DNA of 64,000 nt from Gemmatimonadaceae bacterium (GCA_046327745.1 JAXLXV010000030.1:8469-72468), one strand, 5' to 3'; positions 38,776-50,009 are shown, numbered from the stretch's first letter. The notes: generated from the letters alone by a model not told the origin. Translations and numbers: made by a program.

Positions 38776-39408
38776 GTGCGTTACACCGGACCCGTTTGCC
38801 GCCTGTGCCGCCGCGAAGGCACCAAGTTGTTCTTGAAGGGCACGAAGTGTTTCACTGAAAAGTGCCCCGTTGAGCGCCGCCCGTATGCCCCTGGTCAGCA
38901 TGGCCAGTCTACGGCCCGTCGCCGCAAGGCGTCGGAATACGCCAAGCAGCTGCGCGAAAAGCAGAAAATCAAGCGCATCTACGGCGTGAGCGAACAGCAG
39001 TTCCGCAACACGTTTGAAAAGGTGTCGACACAAGCGGGGATCACGGGCCACAACCTTTTGGCCGCGCTTGAATGTCGTCTGGATAACCTCGTGTATCGCA
39101 TGGGGTTCGCGCCGAGCCGTAATGCAGCTCGTCAGCTCATCCGACACCGCCACATCGAGGTCAACCGGCACACGGTGGACATCCCGAGCTACTTGGTTGC
39201 CCCCGGTCAGGAAATCAGGATCCGTGAGAAGTCGCGCGAAATCGGTCTGGTGCGTGAAGCGCTCGATCAGTCGTCGCGCGGACAGTCGCCGACGTGGTTG
39301 GCGGTGGATCGCGACACGTTCAGCGGCCGGATGCTTGAGCGGCCCCAGCGGGCCAGCATCCCGATTGCGGCACAGGAGCAGTTAGTCGTCGAGTTGTATT
39401 CGAAGTAA
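38776..39408 (+). CDS. rpsD: 30S ribosomal protein S4
   Basis: The GTG start gives MRYTGPVCRLCRREGTKLFLKG. The S4 RNA-binding domain LDNLVYRMGFAPSRNAARQLIRHRHI is present. Confidence 0.97.
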   Translation: MRYTGPVCRLCRREGTKLFLKGTKCFTEKCPVERRPYAPGQHGQSTARRRKASEYAKQLREKQKIKRIYGVSEQQFRNTFEKVSTQAGITGHNLLAALECRLDNLVYRMGFAPSRNAARQLIRHRHIEVNRHTVDIPSYLVAPGQEIRIREKSREIGLVREALDQSSRGQSPTWLAVDRDTFSGRMLERPQRASIPIAAQEQLVVELYSK

Positions 39409-39549
39409 GCGATGGCGCCGTGCGACGCCCGCGAAAGCGGCGCGTCGCTGGCTGCAGCCGTCGGCACAATCCGGTCGGGACCCTAACTCCCATACGAACC
39501 CACCGCGCGTTAGGGGCGGGGTGGGGCGTTGCCGAAGCGCGGCTTCGGC

Positions 39550-40647
39550 ATGACCATCTCTGGGAATCCGTTCATGGCGAAAGCGATCGACTTAAAGGGA
39601 CTAGTTCGCCCGCACCTCGTCGAGGTGCAGAAGCGAGACGATAACCCGAACGTTGCAGAATTCCGGCTCCAGCCGCTGGAGCGTGGCTACGGTCACACCC
39701 TGGGCAACGCGATGCGGCGCATGCTGCTGTCTTCGCTGCGCGGCGCCGCTGTCTGGGGCTTCCGCATCGACGGCGTGGTGCATGAGCACCAGACCATCGA
39801 GGGTGTGGTAGAAGACGTCCACCAGATTATCGGGAACCTCAAGAACCTCGTCTTGCAGCTGTCGGACGACGTCGAGGAGGCCGTCCTGCGCATCGGCAAG
39901 TCCGAGGGCGGACCGGTCACCGCCGGTGATATCGAGGAGAATGGCGCCGTCCGCGTTGGCGAACCGGGCCACCACATTTTCACGCTACAGGACGACCGCG
40001 ATATCAACGTCGAACTGTACGTGAATAAGGGGCGTGGCTACGTGGAAGCGGACCAACATGTGGTAGACCGTGGCCTTCCGGTCGACCTGGTACGCATGGA
40101 CGCCCTGTACAATCCCGTCCGCCGCGTGAATTTCGCCGTGTCCGAAACGCGCGTTGGCCAGCGCACGGACTACGACAAGTTGACCCTCACGGTAGAGACC
40201 AACGGGACGATCTCTCCTGAGGAAGCCGTCAGCTACGCCGCCGCCCTCGCCCAAACGCACTTCCAGTACTTCGCCAGCTTTGGATCGCATGCCTCGGCGC
40301 CGGTGTCGTTCGGTGGCGATGCTCCCAGTGGCGACGCTGCGCGCTTGGCGTCGCTGTTCAAGACGCCGATCGACGAGCTGGACCTGTCCGTGCGTTCGGT
40401 GAACTCACTCAAGAATTCCAACATCAGGACACTCGGCGACCTGGTTCGCCAGACGGAGAGCCAGATCCTGCAGGTCAAGAACTTCGGCAAGAAGTCGTTG
40501 CATGAGATTGCCGACCTGCTCGAACGCGAGGGTCTCAATTTCGGGATGCGGTACGAGGAGAACGGCGAAGGCGTGCGTATCCTGGATTGGGGTACGCCGG
40601 CAAGCCGGGCTGCGGCGATCGCACCGGATGACGAAGAGGAGCAATAG
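39550..40647 (+). CDS. rpoA: DNA-directed RNA polymerase subunit alpha
   Basis: The product has LQPLERGYGHTLGNAMRRMLLSSLRG and a C-terminal domain LDLSVRSVNSLKNSNIRTLGDLV. The start is ambiguous: TTG 39529, ATG 39550 or ATG 39574. Confidence 0.95.
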   Translation: MTISGNPFMAKAIDLKGLVRPHLVEVQKRDDNPNVAEFRLQPLERGYGHTLGNAMRRMLLSSLRGAAVWGFRIDGVVHEHQTIEGVVEDVHQIIGNLKNLVLQLSDDVEEAVLRIGKSEGGPVTAGDIEENGAVRVGEPGHHIFTLQDDRDINVELYVNKGRGYVEADQHVVDRGLPVDLVRMDALYNPVRRVNFAVSETRVGQRTDYDKLTLTVETNGTISPEEAVSYAAALAQTHFQYFASFGSHASAPVSFGGDAPSGDAARLASLFKTPIDELDLSVRSVNSLKNSNIRTLGDLVRQTESQILQVKNFGKKSLHEIADLLEREGLNFGMRYEENGEGVRILDWGTPASRAAAIAPDDEEEQ

Positions 40648-40650
40648 GTC

Positions 40651-41007
40651 ATGCGACATCGGAAGGCAGGGCGTCAGCTCAGGCGCACCAGCGAGCAGAA
40701 GCTCGCTCTCATGCGCTCTCTGGCGGCGTCCCTCATCGAGCGAGGAGCCATCGAGACGACCGAGGCAAAAGCCAAGGAGCTGCGCCCGTTCATCGAGAAG
40801 CTCATTACCAAGGCGCGCTCCGGCACGCTGCATGACCGCCGGCTGCTGGGTCGCCACATTCAGAAGCGGGAAGTGGCGGACAAGCTGTTTCAGGAAATCG
40901 GGCCGCGTTACACGAAGCGCCCGGGTGGGTACACGCGCATTCTCAAGACCGGTCATCGCAAGGGCGACGGAGCGGAGATGGCGCGCATTGAACTGATTGG
41001 AGGCTAA
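40651..41007 (+). CDS. rplQ: 50S ribosomal protein L17
   Basis: The product begins [29 protein letters not shown]... and also has GGYTRILK. Confidence 0.97.
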   Translation: MRHRKAGRQLRRTSEQKLALMRSLAASLIERGAIETTEAKAKELRPFIEKLITKARSGTLHDRRLLGRHIQKREVADKLFQEIGPRYTKRPGGYTRILKTGHRKGDGAEMARIELIGG

Positions 41008-41012
41008 CGCCG

Positions 41013-41231
41013 ATGGCCGTGAACCGCAGCCGCTGCCACGTGTGCGGCAAGGGTGTGCAGTACGGGAACAACGTCTCGCACGCCAATAACAAAGTCCGGC
41101 GTACGTGGAAGCCGAACCTTCAGGTGGCCCGTGTCCTGGTCGACGGGAAGGCAACCAAGGTCAAGGTCTGCACGCGCTGTCTGCATGCCGGCAAGGTGCA
41201 ACGCGCACCCCGAGGCGCTCGGGTTGCGTAA
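41013..41231 (+). CDS. rpmB: 50S ribosomal protein L28 (Cys-containing, zinc-ribbon form)
   Basis: The product has [30 protein letters not shown]...CTRCL. Confidence 0.93.
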   Translation: MAVNRSRCHVCGKGVQYGNNVSHANNKVRRTWKPNLQVARVLVDGKATKVKVCTRCLHAGKVQRAPRGARVA

Positions 41232-41258
41232 GCGAGCCGCCGTAGCAAAGGTCTTTGA

Positions 41259-41287
41259 GAGGAGCGCTTCGGCGCTCCTCTTTTTTT
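41259..41287 (+). terminator. rho-independent terminator of the ribosomal protein operon
   Basis: GAGGAGCGC (41259-41267), loop TTCG, GCGCTCCTC (41272-41280), then TTTTTTT (41281-41287). Confidence 0.8.
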
Positions 41288-41390
41288 GTCTGCCGAGTAC
41301 TCGCCGACAGCTCCCATACGACCACCGTGCCCGCTACCTTCTCACCGTGCCGCAACACCCGGATCGTCGAGCCGACTGGGGAGCGCCGAA

Positions 41391-42353
41391 GTGAAATCTG
41401 CGCTCATCACCGGCGTTTCGGGTCAGGACGGGAGTTACCTGGCCGAGCACCTCCTGGCGCTGGGGTACCGAGTGACTGGCACCGTGCACGCCGCCCACGA
41501 TCAGCGGCCGGCGTACTTCACGCGGCTGGCGGGCCAGATTGAGCTGGCTGAGCTTGATGTCCGCGACCGACCGAGTGTCAGCGCCCTCGTGCGCCGTATC
41601 GCGCCGACCGAGGTGTACCACTTGGCGGCTCAGAGCCGGGTGGGGGCGTCGTGGGACGATCCCGTGGGGACGGCAGACGTCTCAGGTGGCGGCGCCCTCA
41701 ACGTGCTCGAAGCGGTTCGCACTGCGGCGCCTAACGCGCGGGTGCTGGTGGCCGGATCATGCGAAGTGTTCGGGCACGCCTCCCATGTGCCGCAAGACGA
41801 GTCGACGCCGCATCAGCCAGCGTCCCCGTACGCAGTGGCCAAGTCCTTTGCCCAGGGGATGACGCGGTTGTACCGGGAGCGCTTTGGGCTCCACGCGTCA
41901 ACAGCCATCCTGTTCAACCACGAGAGTCCGCGTCGCGCGGCGCAATTCGTGTCGCAGAAGATCGCCCGCGGTGCGGCGGCCGTGGCAAGTGGAGCGCAAA
42001 AGGAGCTTCGCCTGGGCAACGTGCAGGTCGTGCGCGACTGGGGCTTTGCCGGCGACTTCGTCCAGGCCATGTGGCGCATGCTGCAGGCCGATGTGCCCGC
42101 CGACTTGGTGATTGGCACGGGAGTCGGACATTCGGTGTGGGACCTTTGCGAGGCGGCCTTTCAGGCGGTTGGTCTCGAGGCCAAGGCGCACGTGGTCATC
42201 GACCCGCTCTTTGTCCGTCAGGACGATGCGCCGGCGCTCGTCGCCAATCCAGCGATGGCCAGGGAGCGCCTCCAGTGGTCGTCCACGGTAGATTTCAACG
42301 CGCTTGTGCGGATGCTGGTCGCCGCCGCGCAGGACCCTTCGTCATCAGCCTAA
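41391..42353 (+). CDS. gmd: GDP-mannose 4,6-dehydratase
   Basis: The GTG start gives VKSALITGVSGQDGSYLAEHLL. The product also has YAVAKS and LFNHESPRR. Confidence 0.9.
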   Translation: MKSALITGVSGQDGSYLAEHLLALGYRVTGTVHAAHDQRPAYFTRLAGQIELAELDVRDRPSVSALVRRIAPTEVYHLAAQSRVGASWDDPVGTADVSGGGALNVLEAVRTAAPNARVLVAGSCEVFGHASHVPQDESTPHQPASPYAVAKSFAQGMTRLYRERFGLHASTAILFNHESPRRAAQFVSQKIARGAAAVASGAQKELRLGNVQVVRDWGFAGDFVQAMWRMLQADVPADLVIGTGVGHSVWDLCEAAFQAVGLEAKAHVVIDPLFVRQDDAPALVANPAMARERLQWSSTVDFNALVRMLVAAAQDPSSSA

Positions 42354-42359
42354 CGTTTC

Positions 42360-45300
42360 ATGCCCCGTCGTACTGACCTGCACCGCATACTCGTGATCGG
42401 CTCCGGACCCATCGTGATTGGGCAGGCTGCCGAATTCGACTACTCGGGAACGCAAGCGGCTCGCGCGCTGCGGGAAGAGGGATACGAGGTGATCCTGATC
42501 AACTCGAATCCGGCGACCATCATGACGGATCCCGAGGTGGCGCACCGGACGTATGTGGAGCCGGTCACGCCCGAATACGCGGAGCTGGTGATTGCCCGGG
42601 AGCGCCCAGATGCCCTGCTGCCGACGATGGGTGGCCAGACGGCGCTGAATGTCGCGATGCAGCTGGCGGCCAATGGCGTGCTGGAAAAGTACGGCGTTGA
42701 GTTGATCGGCGCCAAGGCGCGCGCCATCAAGCTGGCCGAGGACCGGCAGGAGTTTGCCGAGGCCATGCATCGCATCGGGTTGCAGGTGCCGCAGGGACGG
42801 ATTGCTCATACGTGGGAAGAGGCACAGGAGATCGCCGAGTTCACAGGGTATCCGGCGATCATCCGGCCGTCGTTCACGCTGGGCGGGTCTGGCGGCGGTG
42901 TGGCATACAACCGGGAAGAGTTCGAGGAGATCGTGCGCCGCGGGCTGGCAGCGTCGCCAACGTCGCAGGTGCTGATCGAACGGTCGCTGTTGGGCTGGAA
43001 GGAGTTCGAGCTGGAAGTGATGCGCGACTACGCCGACAATGTCGTCATCGTCTGCTCGATCGAGAACTTGGATCCCATGGGTGTGCATACGGGCGACTCC
43101 ATCACGGTGGCCCCGGCCATGACGCTGACGGATCGGGAGTATCAGGTGATGCGCGACGCGGCCTGCGCCGTGATCCGCGAGATCGGCGTTGAGGCTGGCG
43201 GATGTAACATCCAGTTCGCGATCTCGCCGACGTCCGGTGAGATGGTCGTCATCGAGATGAATCCCCGCGTGTCGCGCTCGTCGGCCTTGGCGTCCAAGGC
43301 GACGGGATTTCCCATCGCGCGGATCGGCGCCAAGCTGGCCGTCGGATACCGACTGGATGAGATTCCGAATGACATTACCCGAACGACGCCGGCGTCATTC
43401 GAACCCGTGTTGGACTATGTGGTGGTGAAGTGCCCGCGCTTCGCCTTTGAGAAGTTCGCCAAGGCGAGCCCTGTGCTGACCACGCAGATGAAATCCGTCG
43501 GTGAGTCCATGGCGATTGGCCGAACCTTCAAGGAGGCGTTCCAGAAGGGACTTCGCGCCTTGGAGAACGGACGCACGGGATGGACCCAGGCGGCGAGGCC
43601 GGTGGACGATCGATTGGCCGACGATTCGATCGAGTCGTTGCGCGGTGCGATCTCCACACCCACGCCAGAACGCATCTACCAGCTCAAACGCGCGTTCCTC
43701 GCAGGCATGTCGGTCGACCAGATTTACGATCTCACGGCTGTCGATCGCTGGTTCCTGAGCCAGATGCAGGAGCTGGTGGATGCCGAGCGGCGCTACCAGG
43801 CGCTGGCCTCAGTCGGGCCCGACGACGTTCGCGAGATGAAGCGGATGGGATTCAGCGATCGACAACTCGCTGACCTGCGGGGCGAGCCAGAGCAGCAGGC
43901 ACGGGAGCGCCGCTGGGCCTACGGGCTGCGACCCGTGTACAAGATGGTCGATACGTGCGCCGGAGAGTTCCCGTCGTCGACCCCGTACCTCTACAGCTGC
44001 TACGACGACGAGAGCGAGGCGCCTCGGACCGGCAAGCGTTCCGTCGTCATCCTCGGTAGCGGTCCCAATCGCATCGGTCAGGGCGTTGAGTTCGATTACA
44101 TGTGTGTCCGAGCGGTCATGGCGCTTCGTGCCCAGGGCTACGAGACGATCATGATCAACTCGAACCCCGAGACCGTGTCCACGGACTACGACACCTCTGA
44201 CAAGTTGTACTTCGAGCCGCTCACGCTCGAGGATGTGCTGGAGGTTGTGCACCGCGAGCAGCCCCTGGGCGTCATCGTACAGCTCGGCGGCCAGACACCT
44301 TTGAAGCTGACGAGGGGGCTCGAGGCCGCGGGGGTGCAGATCCTTGGGACGTCGCCGGAGTCGATCGATATTGCGGAAGATCGCAAACGCTTCGAGGTGA
44401 TTGCTCGGGAACTCGGCATTCGACAGCCGGAAAACGGGACGGCGACCAGCGTGGACGAGGCCGTCGAAGTTGCCACTCGCATCGGCTACCCGGTCCTGGT
44501 ACGCCCTTCGTACGTGCTCGGTGGACGCGCCATGCAGATCGTCTTTGACGAGCCATCGCTGCGTGACTACTTCGAAACGGCGGCGCGCGTTAGCGAGGAA
44601 CGGCCAGTCCTGATCGACCGGTTTTTGGAAGACGCCTTTGAAGCCGACGTGGACGCGGTGTGCGACGGTCAGCGCGTGGTCATCGGCGGCGTAATGCAGC
44701 ACATCGAGGACGCGGGAATTCACTCAGGTGATTCGGCGTGCGTGCTGCCACCCTATCTGATCGGTGAAGGCGACATCGACATGATGAAGCAGTACACCGT
44801 GGCGCTGGCCAAGGCGTTAGGCGTCGTGGGGCTGATCAATGTGCAGTACGCCGTCAAGCACGGGGTAGTCTATGTGTTGGAGGTGAACCCCCGAGGTAGT
44901 CGCACCATTCCATTCGTTTCCAAGGCGATTGGCGTTCCCCTGGCGTCGGTAGCGGCGCGCGTCATGCTCGGGGAATCCCTGGACGCCGTCGGCTTCACCC
45001 ATGAAATCGTTCCACCGTTCGTGTCGGTGAAGGAAGCGGTCTTTCCATTTACGAAATTCCGTGAGTTTGACCCGCTGCTTGGGCCGGAAATGCGCTCGAC
45101 GGGCGAGGTCATGGGCATTTCCGATTCATTCGGCAGCGCGTTCGCCAAGGCGCAGTTGTCAGCGGACAATGCCTTGCCGTTAGGCGGCGCGATCTTCATC
45201 ACCGTCAACGACACGGACAAGCCCACCGTAACGCCGATTGCGCGGCGCTTTCACGAACTGGGGTTCCACTTGTACGCGACGGACGGGACGGCGCGCTATT

Positions 45301-45716
45301 TGAGCCGGCGGGGCATCCCCACACGGTCCGTACGCAAGATTCACGAGGGGCGGCCCAACGGGCTGGACCTGCTGAAGAACGGCGACATCCAGTTGCTCAT
45401 TAACACGCCGCTTGGCAAGCACGCGCAGTACGATGACTATCAACTGCGTCAGGCAGCGATTGCGAAGCGCATTTCGTACACGACCACCATGTCGGCGGCG
45501 AGTGCGGCGGGCGATGCGATCCTCTCCCTGCGATCACGCACCACCTCGGTGCGTTCGCTGCAGGAGTGGCATGAAATCGTGCGTGAGGAAGAGCGGGCCG
45601 AAGCGCAGATGGCGCCGGAGGTCGGCGGGGACCGCTCCTCACCGAATCGTCCGACGAACGAGGGCATCGCGAACGACACTTTGCGGGCGCGACCATCCGC
45701 CGAGGCGCGTCCATGA
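42360..45716 (+). CDS. carB: carbamoyl-phosphate synthase large subunit
   Basis: The 1118-aa product has duplicated ATP-grasp halves ([24 protein letters not shown] and [19 protein letters not shown]) and an MGS-like C-terminal domain. It carries an additional tail of about 45 aa. Confidence 0.97.
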   Translation: MPRRTDLHRILVIGSGPIVIGQAAEFDYSGTQAARALREEGYEVILINSNPATIMTDPEVAHRTYVEPVTPEYAELVIARERPDALLPTMGGQTALNVAMQLAANGVLEKYGVELIGAKARAIKLAEDRQEFAEAMHRIGLQVPQGRIAHTWEEAQEIAEFTGYPAIIRPSFTLGGSGGGVAYNREEFEEIVRRGLAASPTSQVLIERSLLGWKEFELEVMRDYADNVVIVCSIENLDPMGVHTGDSITVAPAMTLTDREYQVMRDAACAVIREIGVEAGGCNIQFAISPTSGEMVVIEMNPRVSRSSALASKATGFPIARIGAKLAVGYRLDEIPNDITRTTPASFEPVLDYVVVKCPRFAFEKFAKASPVLTTQMKSVGESMAIGRTFKEAFQKGLRALENGRTGWTQAARPVDDRLADDSIESLRGAISTPTPERIYQLKRAFLAGMSVDQIYDLTAVDRWFLSQMQELVDAERRYQALASVGPDDVREMKRMGFSDRQLADLRGEPEQQARERRWAYGLRPVYKMVDTCAGEFPSSTPYLYSCYDDESEAPRTGKRSVVILGSGPNRIGQGVEFDYMCVRAVMALRAQGYETIMINSNPETVSTDYDTSDKLYFEPLTLEDVLEVVHREQPLGVIVQLGGQTPLKLTRGLEAAGVQILGTSPESIDIAEDRKRFEVIARELGIRQPENGTATSVDEAVEVATRIGYPVLVRPSYVLGGRAMQIVFDEPSLRDYFETAARVSEERPVLIDRFLEDAFEADVDAVCDGQRVVIGGVMQHIEDAGIHSGDSACVLPPYLIGEGDIDMMKQYTVALAKALGVVGLINVQYAVKHGVVYVLEVNPRGSRTIPFVSKAIGVPLASVAARVMLGESLDAVGFTHEIVPPFVSVKEAVFPFTKFREFDPLLGPEMRSTGEVMGISDSFGSAFAKAQLSADNALPLGGAIFITVNDTDKPTVTPIARRFHELGFHLYATDGTARYLSRRGIPTRSVRKIHEGRPNGLDLLKNGDIQLLINTPLGKHAQYDDYQLRQAAIAKRISYTTTMSAASAAGDAILSLRSRTTSVRSLQEWHEIVREEERAEAQMAPEVGGDRSSPNRPTNEGIANDTLRARPSAEARP

Positions 45717-46315
45717 CCCCGTTGCCGCCACCGTTTGTTCATGAGTCGTCCTACGTGGACGACGGAGCCGTGATAGGAGCGGGCACCAAGATCTGGCATT
45801 TTTGCCACGTTATGCCGGGCGCAGTCATTGGCGAACGCTGCAACCTTGGGCAGAACGTTGTCGTGATGTCCGGTACGCGCCTGGGGAACAACGTGAAGGT
45901 GCAGAATAACGTGAGCATTTACGAAGGCGTGGAGCTTGAAGACGATGTGTTCTGCGGCCCCTCTATGGTGTTCACGAATGTCATGAATCCGCGTAGTCAC
46001 GTCTCCAGGAAGTCCGAATATCGGCGCACGCTCGTTCGTCGTGGGGCCAGTATTGGAGCCAACGCCACCATCGTGTGTGGAACGACGCTTGGCGAGTATG
46101 CCTTTGTTGGCGCCGGGGCGGTGGTGACTCGCGATGTGCCGGCGTACGCGCTGGTGGTGGGCGTTCCCGCGGTCCAGGTAGGGTGGATGTGTGCCTGTGG
46201 CGAGCGCCTGCCCGAACCCGAAGTGCCTTACGGAGAGACCAGCTGCACCACGTGCGGTTCGTCGTATCGGATGGATCACGGGGCGTTGGTGCCCGACACC
46301 GGAGCGACGGCATGA
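45713..46315 (+). CDS. hexapeptide-repeat sugar N-acetyltransferase (WbpD/WlbB-like)
   Basis: An ATGA overlap joins it to carB. The product has left-handed beta-helix repeats ([36 protein letters not shown]) and a C-terminal Cys-rich tail. Confidence 0.8.
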   Translation: MTPLPPPFVHESSYVDDGAVIGAGTKIWHFCHVMPGAVIGERCNLGQNVVVMSGTRLGNNVKVQNNVSIYEGVELEDDVFCGPSMVFTNVMNPRSHVSRKSEYRRTLVRRGASIGANATIVCGTTLGEYAFVGAGAVVTRDVPAYALVVGVPAVQVGWMCACGERLPEPEVPYGETSCTTCGSSYRMDHGALVPDTGATA

Positions 46316-47352
46316 CCACGGCACTTCGATTGGCTTTGGTGGGATGCGGGCGCATCAGCCGCAACCATTTCGAGGCCATTGCGGCGATTGACGGGTTGGA
46401 GCTGGCAGGAGTCTGCGATAGCGTGGAAGACCGTGCGCGGAGCGCTGGCGAAACGCACGAGGTGCCATGGTTCACCTCGTACGAACGATTGCTGGAAGGC
46501 GTGGCTTGCGACATCGTGGCGATCTGCACGCCGTCGGGCCTGCATCCGGCGCACGGGATTCTGGCGGCCAAGGCGGGGAAGCATGTGGTCTGCGAAAAGC
46601 CGATGGCGATCACGTTGTCGGCCGCCGACGACCTGGTGCATGCCTGTGACGCAGCGGGCGTGCAGTTGTTCGTCGTGAAGCAGAACAGGCTCAACCCGCC
46701 GGTGCAGTTGGTGAAGCGTGCCATCGACAAGGGACGCTTCGGCCGCATTTACATGGCCAATACCACGGTGCGGTGGACGCGCCCGCAGGAGTACTACGAC
46801 CAGGCGCCGTGGCGCGGGACGTGGGAGTTCGACGGGGGCGCGTTCATGAATCAGGCCTCACACTACGTGGACTTGATTCAGTGGCTGGTTGGCCCTGTCG
46901 AGAGCGTCATGGCCAAGACGGCCACGTTAGCGCGCCGCATTGAAACAGAAGACACCGGCATCGCCATCCTGAAGTTTCGCTCCGGAGCCCTCGGCGTCAT
47001 CGAGGTCACGATGCTCACCTACCCGCGAAACCTCGAGGGATCGCTGACCATCCTGGGAGAGAAAGGCACCGTGAAGATTGGCGGCACCGCCGTCAATCGT
47101 GTGGAACACTGGGCGTTCGCCGACTACGATGACGACGACAAGCTCGTCGACGCGACGGCGACAAATCCGCCTAACGTGTACGGGTTCGGGCACGAAGCCT
47201 ACTATCGAAACGTGCTGGCGGTGCTGCGTGGCGAGGCCCGCCCCGACACCGACGGCCGGGCGGGGCGGAAATCCCTCGAGTTGATTCTCGGCGCGTATGA
47301 ATCGGCGAAGACGGGAGCGGAAGTTCCACTGCCGCTGGTCGTCGCTCGCTGA
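46312..47352 (+). CDS. Gfo/Idh/MocA-family oxidoreductase (WbpB/WlbA-like sugar 3-dehydrogenase)
   Basis: An ATGA overlap joins it to the previous gene. The product has [17 protein letters not shown] and VVCEKPMA. The ORF-track start 46075 is rejected. Confidence 0.8.
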   Translation: MTTALRLALVGCGRISRNHFEAIAAIDGLELAGVCDSVEDRARSAGETHEVPWFTSYERLLEGVACDIVAICTPSGLHPAHGILAAKAGKHVVCEKPMAITLSAADDLVHACDAAGVQLFVVKQNRLNPPVQLVKRAIDKGRFGRIYMANTTVRWTRPQEYYDQAPWRGTWEFDGGAFMNQASHYVDLIQWLVGPVESVMAKTATLARRIETEDTGIAILKFRSGALGVIEVTMLTYPRNLEGSLTILGEKGTVKIGGTAVNRVEHWAFADYDDDDKLVDATATNPPNVYGFGHEAYYRNVLAVLRGEARPDTDGRAGRKSLELILGAYESAKTGAEVPLPLVVAR

Positions 47353-47519
47353 CTACACCAGAGGTCGGATCGCCAAGCCGCTCGACACCGCGGCGCGCAA
47401 GACGTTAGGCGGGGTGCTGAGCCGTCGGTCGCTGCAGCTGCGTTGACGGGCCGGTGTCCAACCTGTGAAGTTTCGATGCCGCCGAGGCGGCCGAATGACC
47501 CATTCTTCCGGTTTCCGCC

Positions 47520-48632
47520 ATGCCTGTTCCACTGCTCGACCTCAAGGCCCAACACGCCACCATTCGCGACGAGATCCTTCCCGCCATCATGAGGGTGGTG
47601 GACGACCAGCTCTTCATCCTCGGCGAACCGGTTGAACGGCTCGAACGCGAGGTGGCGCAGTTGTCACACACCCGACACGCGATCGGTTGCGCCAACGGCA
47701 CAGACGCGCTCTTGCTCGCCTTTCGCGCGCTGGACATCGGCCGCGGCGATGAGATCATCACGACGCCGTTCACGTTCTTTGCTACCGCGGGCACGATCCA
47801 CAACGTGGGGGCCACGCCGGTTTTCGTCGACATCGACCCGGTGTCGTACAACATCCGGCCAGATGCGGTTCAGGCTGCTGTTACATCGCGCACGAAGGCC
47901 ATCGTCCCGGTCGATCTTTTTGGCCAAATGGCGGAGATCGAGCAGATCGCCCTGCGTAACCCTGGCATTCCAATCGTCGAAGACGCCGCACAATCGATCG
48001 GCGCAAGCCGAATGATCGACGGGGAGCGGCGAATGGCGGGTGAACTCGCCGCCATCGGTACGTACTCGTTCTTCCCGTCTAAGAACCTCGGCGGTTATGG
48101 CGACGGCGGCATGATGGTCACGCAAAACGATCAGTTGGCCACGCGCCTCAAGCGTTTGCGCGTACATGGCGGCGCCAAGCAGTACTTCCACGACGAGGTC
48201 GGATACAACTCGCGACTTGACTCACTACAAGCCGCGGTCCTTGTCGCAAAGCTCCCACACCTGGCCCATTGGAGTGCCGGGAGAAGGGCCAATGCGGCGT
48301 ACTACACCTCCGGGTTTGCGGACCTTCCAGAGATCGGAACACCGGTGGTTGACCCGGCGAACGAATCGATCTTTAACCAATACACGATTCGAGTGGAGCG
48401 ACGGGACGAGCTGCAGGCGTACCTGAAGGGGAAGGGGATTGGCACGTCGGTCTACTATCCGCTGCCGCTGCACCTTCAGCCTTGCTTTTCGTACCTCGGA
48501 TACAAAGAAGGGGCGTTCCCGGCTGCTGAAAAGGCCGCCAAAGAGGTCCTTTCCCTGCCAATTTTCCCCGAACTGACCGCCGAGCAACTGGACGAGGTAA
48601 TCGGCACGGTTCGTGCCTTCTACGGCCGCTGA
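47520..48632 (+). CDS. DegT/DnrJ/EryC1/StrS-family aminotransferase (WbpE/WlbC-like)
   Basis: The 370-aa product has GCANGTDALLLA and YSFFPSKNLGGYGDGG (the PLP-binding lysine region). Confidence 0.85.
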   Translation: MPVPLLDLKAQHATIRDEILPAIMRVVDDQLFILGEPVERLEREVAQLSHTRHAIGCANGTDALLLAFRALDIGRGDEIITTPFTFFATAGTIHNVGATPVFVDIDPVSYNIRPDAVQAAVTSRTKAIVPVDLFGQMAEIEQIALRNPGIPIVEDAAQSIGASRMIDGERRMAGELAAIGTYSFFPSKNLGGYGDGGMMVTQNDQLATRLKRLRVHGGAKQYFHDEVGYNSRLDSLQAAVLVAKLPHLAHWSAGRRANAAYYTSGFADLPEIGTPVVDPANESIFNQYTIRVERRDELQAYLKGKGIGTSVYYPLPLHLQPCFSYLGYKEGAFPAAEKAAKEVLSLPIFPELTAEQLDEVIGTVRAFYGR

Positions 48633-48671
48633 GCGTCCCTATAGGGACCTCGCAACTCCTTACTGCCAAAG

Positions 48672-50009
48672 ATGAAAGACGAACTCTTAAAGAAAATCCA
48701 GGACCGGAAGGCCGTCATTGGCATCGTCGGCCTTGGATATGTCGGCCTTCCGCTCGCGATGGAATTCGCCCAGAGCGGGTTTCACGTCATCGGCTACGAT
48801 ATCAGCCAGCGCACGGTCGATGCGCTCATGGCGGGCAAATCGCACATCCAAGACGTGCCGAGCGATGTGGTGAACGAGCAGGTTCGCGCAGGGCGGTTTG
48901 TCGCCACCGCAGACGAGTCACAGTTGAAGAAGTGTGACGCGGTGTCGATCGCCGTGCCCACTCCGCTCAGCAAAACGCGCGACCCCGACATGAGCTTCGT
49001 GCAAGCCGCGACGGAGGCGATCGCACGCAACTGCCACCCGGGTATGCTGATCGTGCTGGAGAGCACGACATATCCTGGCACCACGCGCGAAGTGATGCAG
49101 CCGCGGATCGAGGAGAAGGGGCTGACGGTGGGCAAGGACGTCTTTCTGGCGTTCAGCCCGGAGCGTGTGGATCCCGGCAATCCGACGTGGCACACGAAGA
49201 ACACGCCAAAGGTGGTCGGCGGTCTCACGGCCGCTTGCACCGAAGTCGCGACCGCACTGTACTCGGCCTGCATCGATACGATCGTACCTGTAGCGTCTGC
49301 GGAATCGGCAGAATTGGTGAAGCTGCTGGAGAACACCTTCCGCGCCGTGAACATTGGCCTCGTGAACGAGATGGCCATTGTCTGCGACAAACTCGGTGTG
49401 GACGTGTGGGAAGTCATCAATGCGGCGGCCACGAAGCCATTCGGCTTCATGAAATTCACGCCGGGGCCGGGGATCGGCGGACACTGCATCCCACTCGACC
49501 CGCACTATCTCGCGTGGAAGATGCGGACGCTGAACTACAAGACGCGCTTCATTGACCTCGCCAGCGAGATCAACTCGGAGATGCCCGAGTACGTGGTTCG
49601 CAAAGTCGCCCGCGCCCTGAACGAAGAGCGCAAAGCGACGAAGGGGAGCAGGATTCTTGTGCTGGGCGTCGCGTACAAGAAGGACATCGACGACATGCGC
49701 GAGAGTCCAGCCCTGGACGTGATTCGCCTGCTAGAGGATCGCGGTGCCAAGGTCGACTTCCACGATCCGTGGGTGGCATCGTTCCGCGAAGATGGTCATT
49801 CGCGCGCCGGTGTTGCGCTGACGAAGGAGGCCCTGGAGCAGAGCGATGCCGTGGTGATCGTTACCGATCACGCCAAGGTGGACTATCAGTTCGTCGTCGA
49901 TCACGCCTCGTTGGTCATCGATACGCGCGATGCGACACGGCGTCTGAAGCCTTCGCGCGCCAAGGTGGTCTCACTGGCGTCGAAGCATGGTGAAGCCGCG
50001 GCGCACTAG
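48672..50009 (+). CDS. UDP-N-acetyl-D-glucosamine (or mannosamine) 6-dehydrogenase (WbpA/WecC-like nucleotide-sugar dehydrogenase)
   Basis: The product has IGIVGLGYVGLPLA and GPGIGGHCIPLDP (the catalytic Cys). Confidence 0.85.
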   Translation: MKDELLKKIQDRKAVIGIVGLGYVGLPLAMEFAQSGFHVIGYDISQRTVDALMAGKSHIQDVPSDVVNEQVRAGRFVATADESQLKKCDAVSIAVPTPLSKTRDPDMSFVQAATEAIARNCHPGMLIVLESTTYPGTTREVMQPRIEEKGLTVGKDVFLAFSPERVDPGNPTWHTKNTPKVVGGLTAACTEVATALYSACIDTIVPVASAESAELVKLLENTFRAVNIGLVNEMAIVCDKLGVDVWEVINAAATKPFGFMKFTPGPGIGGHCIPLDPHYLAWKMRTLNYKTRFIDLASEINSEMPEYVVRKVARALNEERKATKGSRILVLGVAYKKDIDDMRESPALDVIRLLEDRGAKVDFHDPWVASFREDGHSRAGVALTKEALEQSDAVVIVTDHAKVDYQFVVDHASLVIDTRDATRRLKPSRAKVVSLASKHGEAAAH

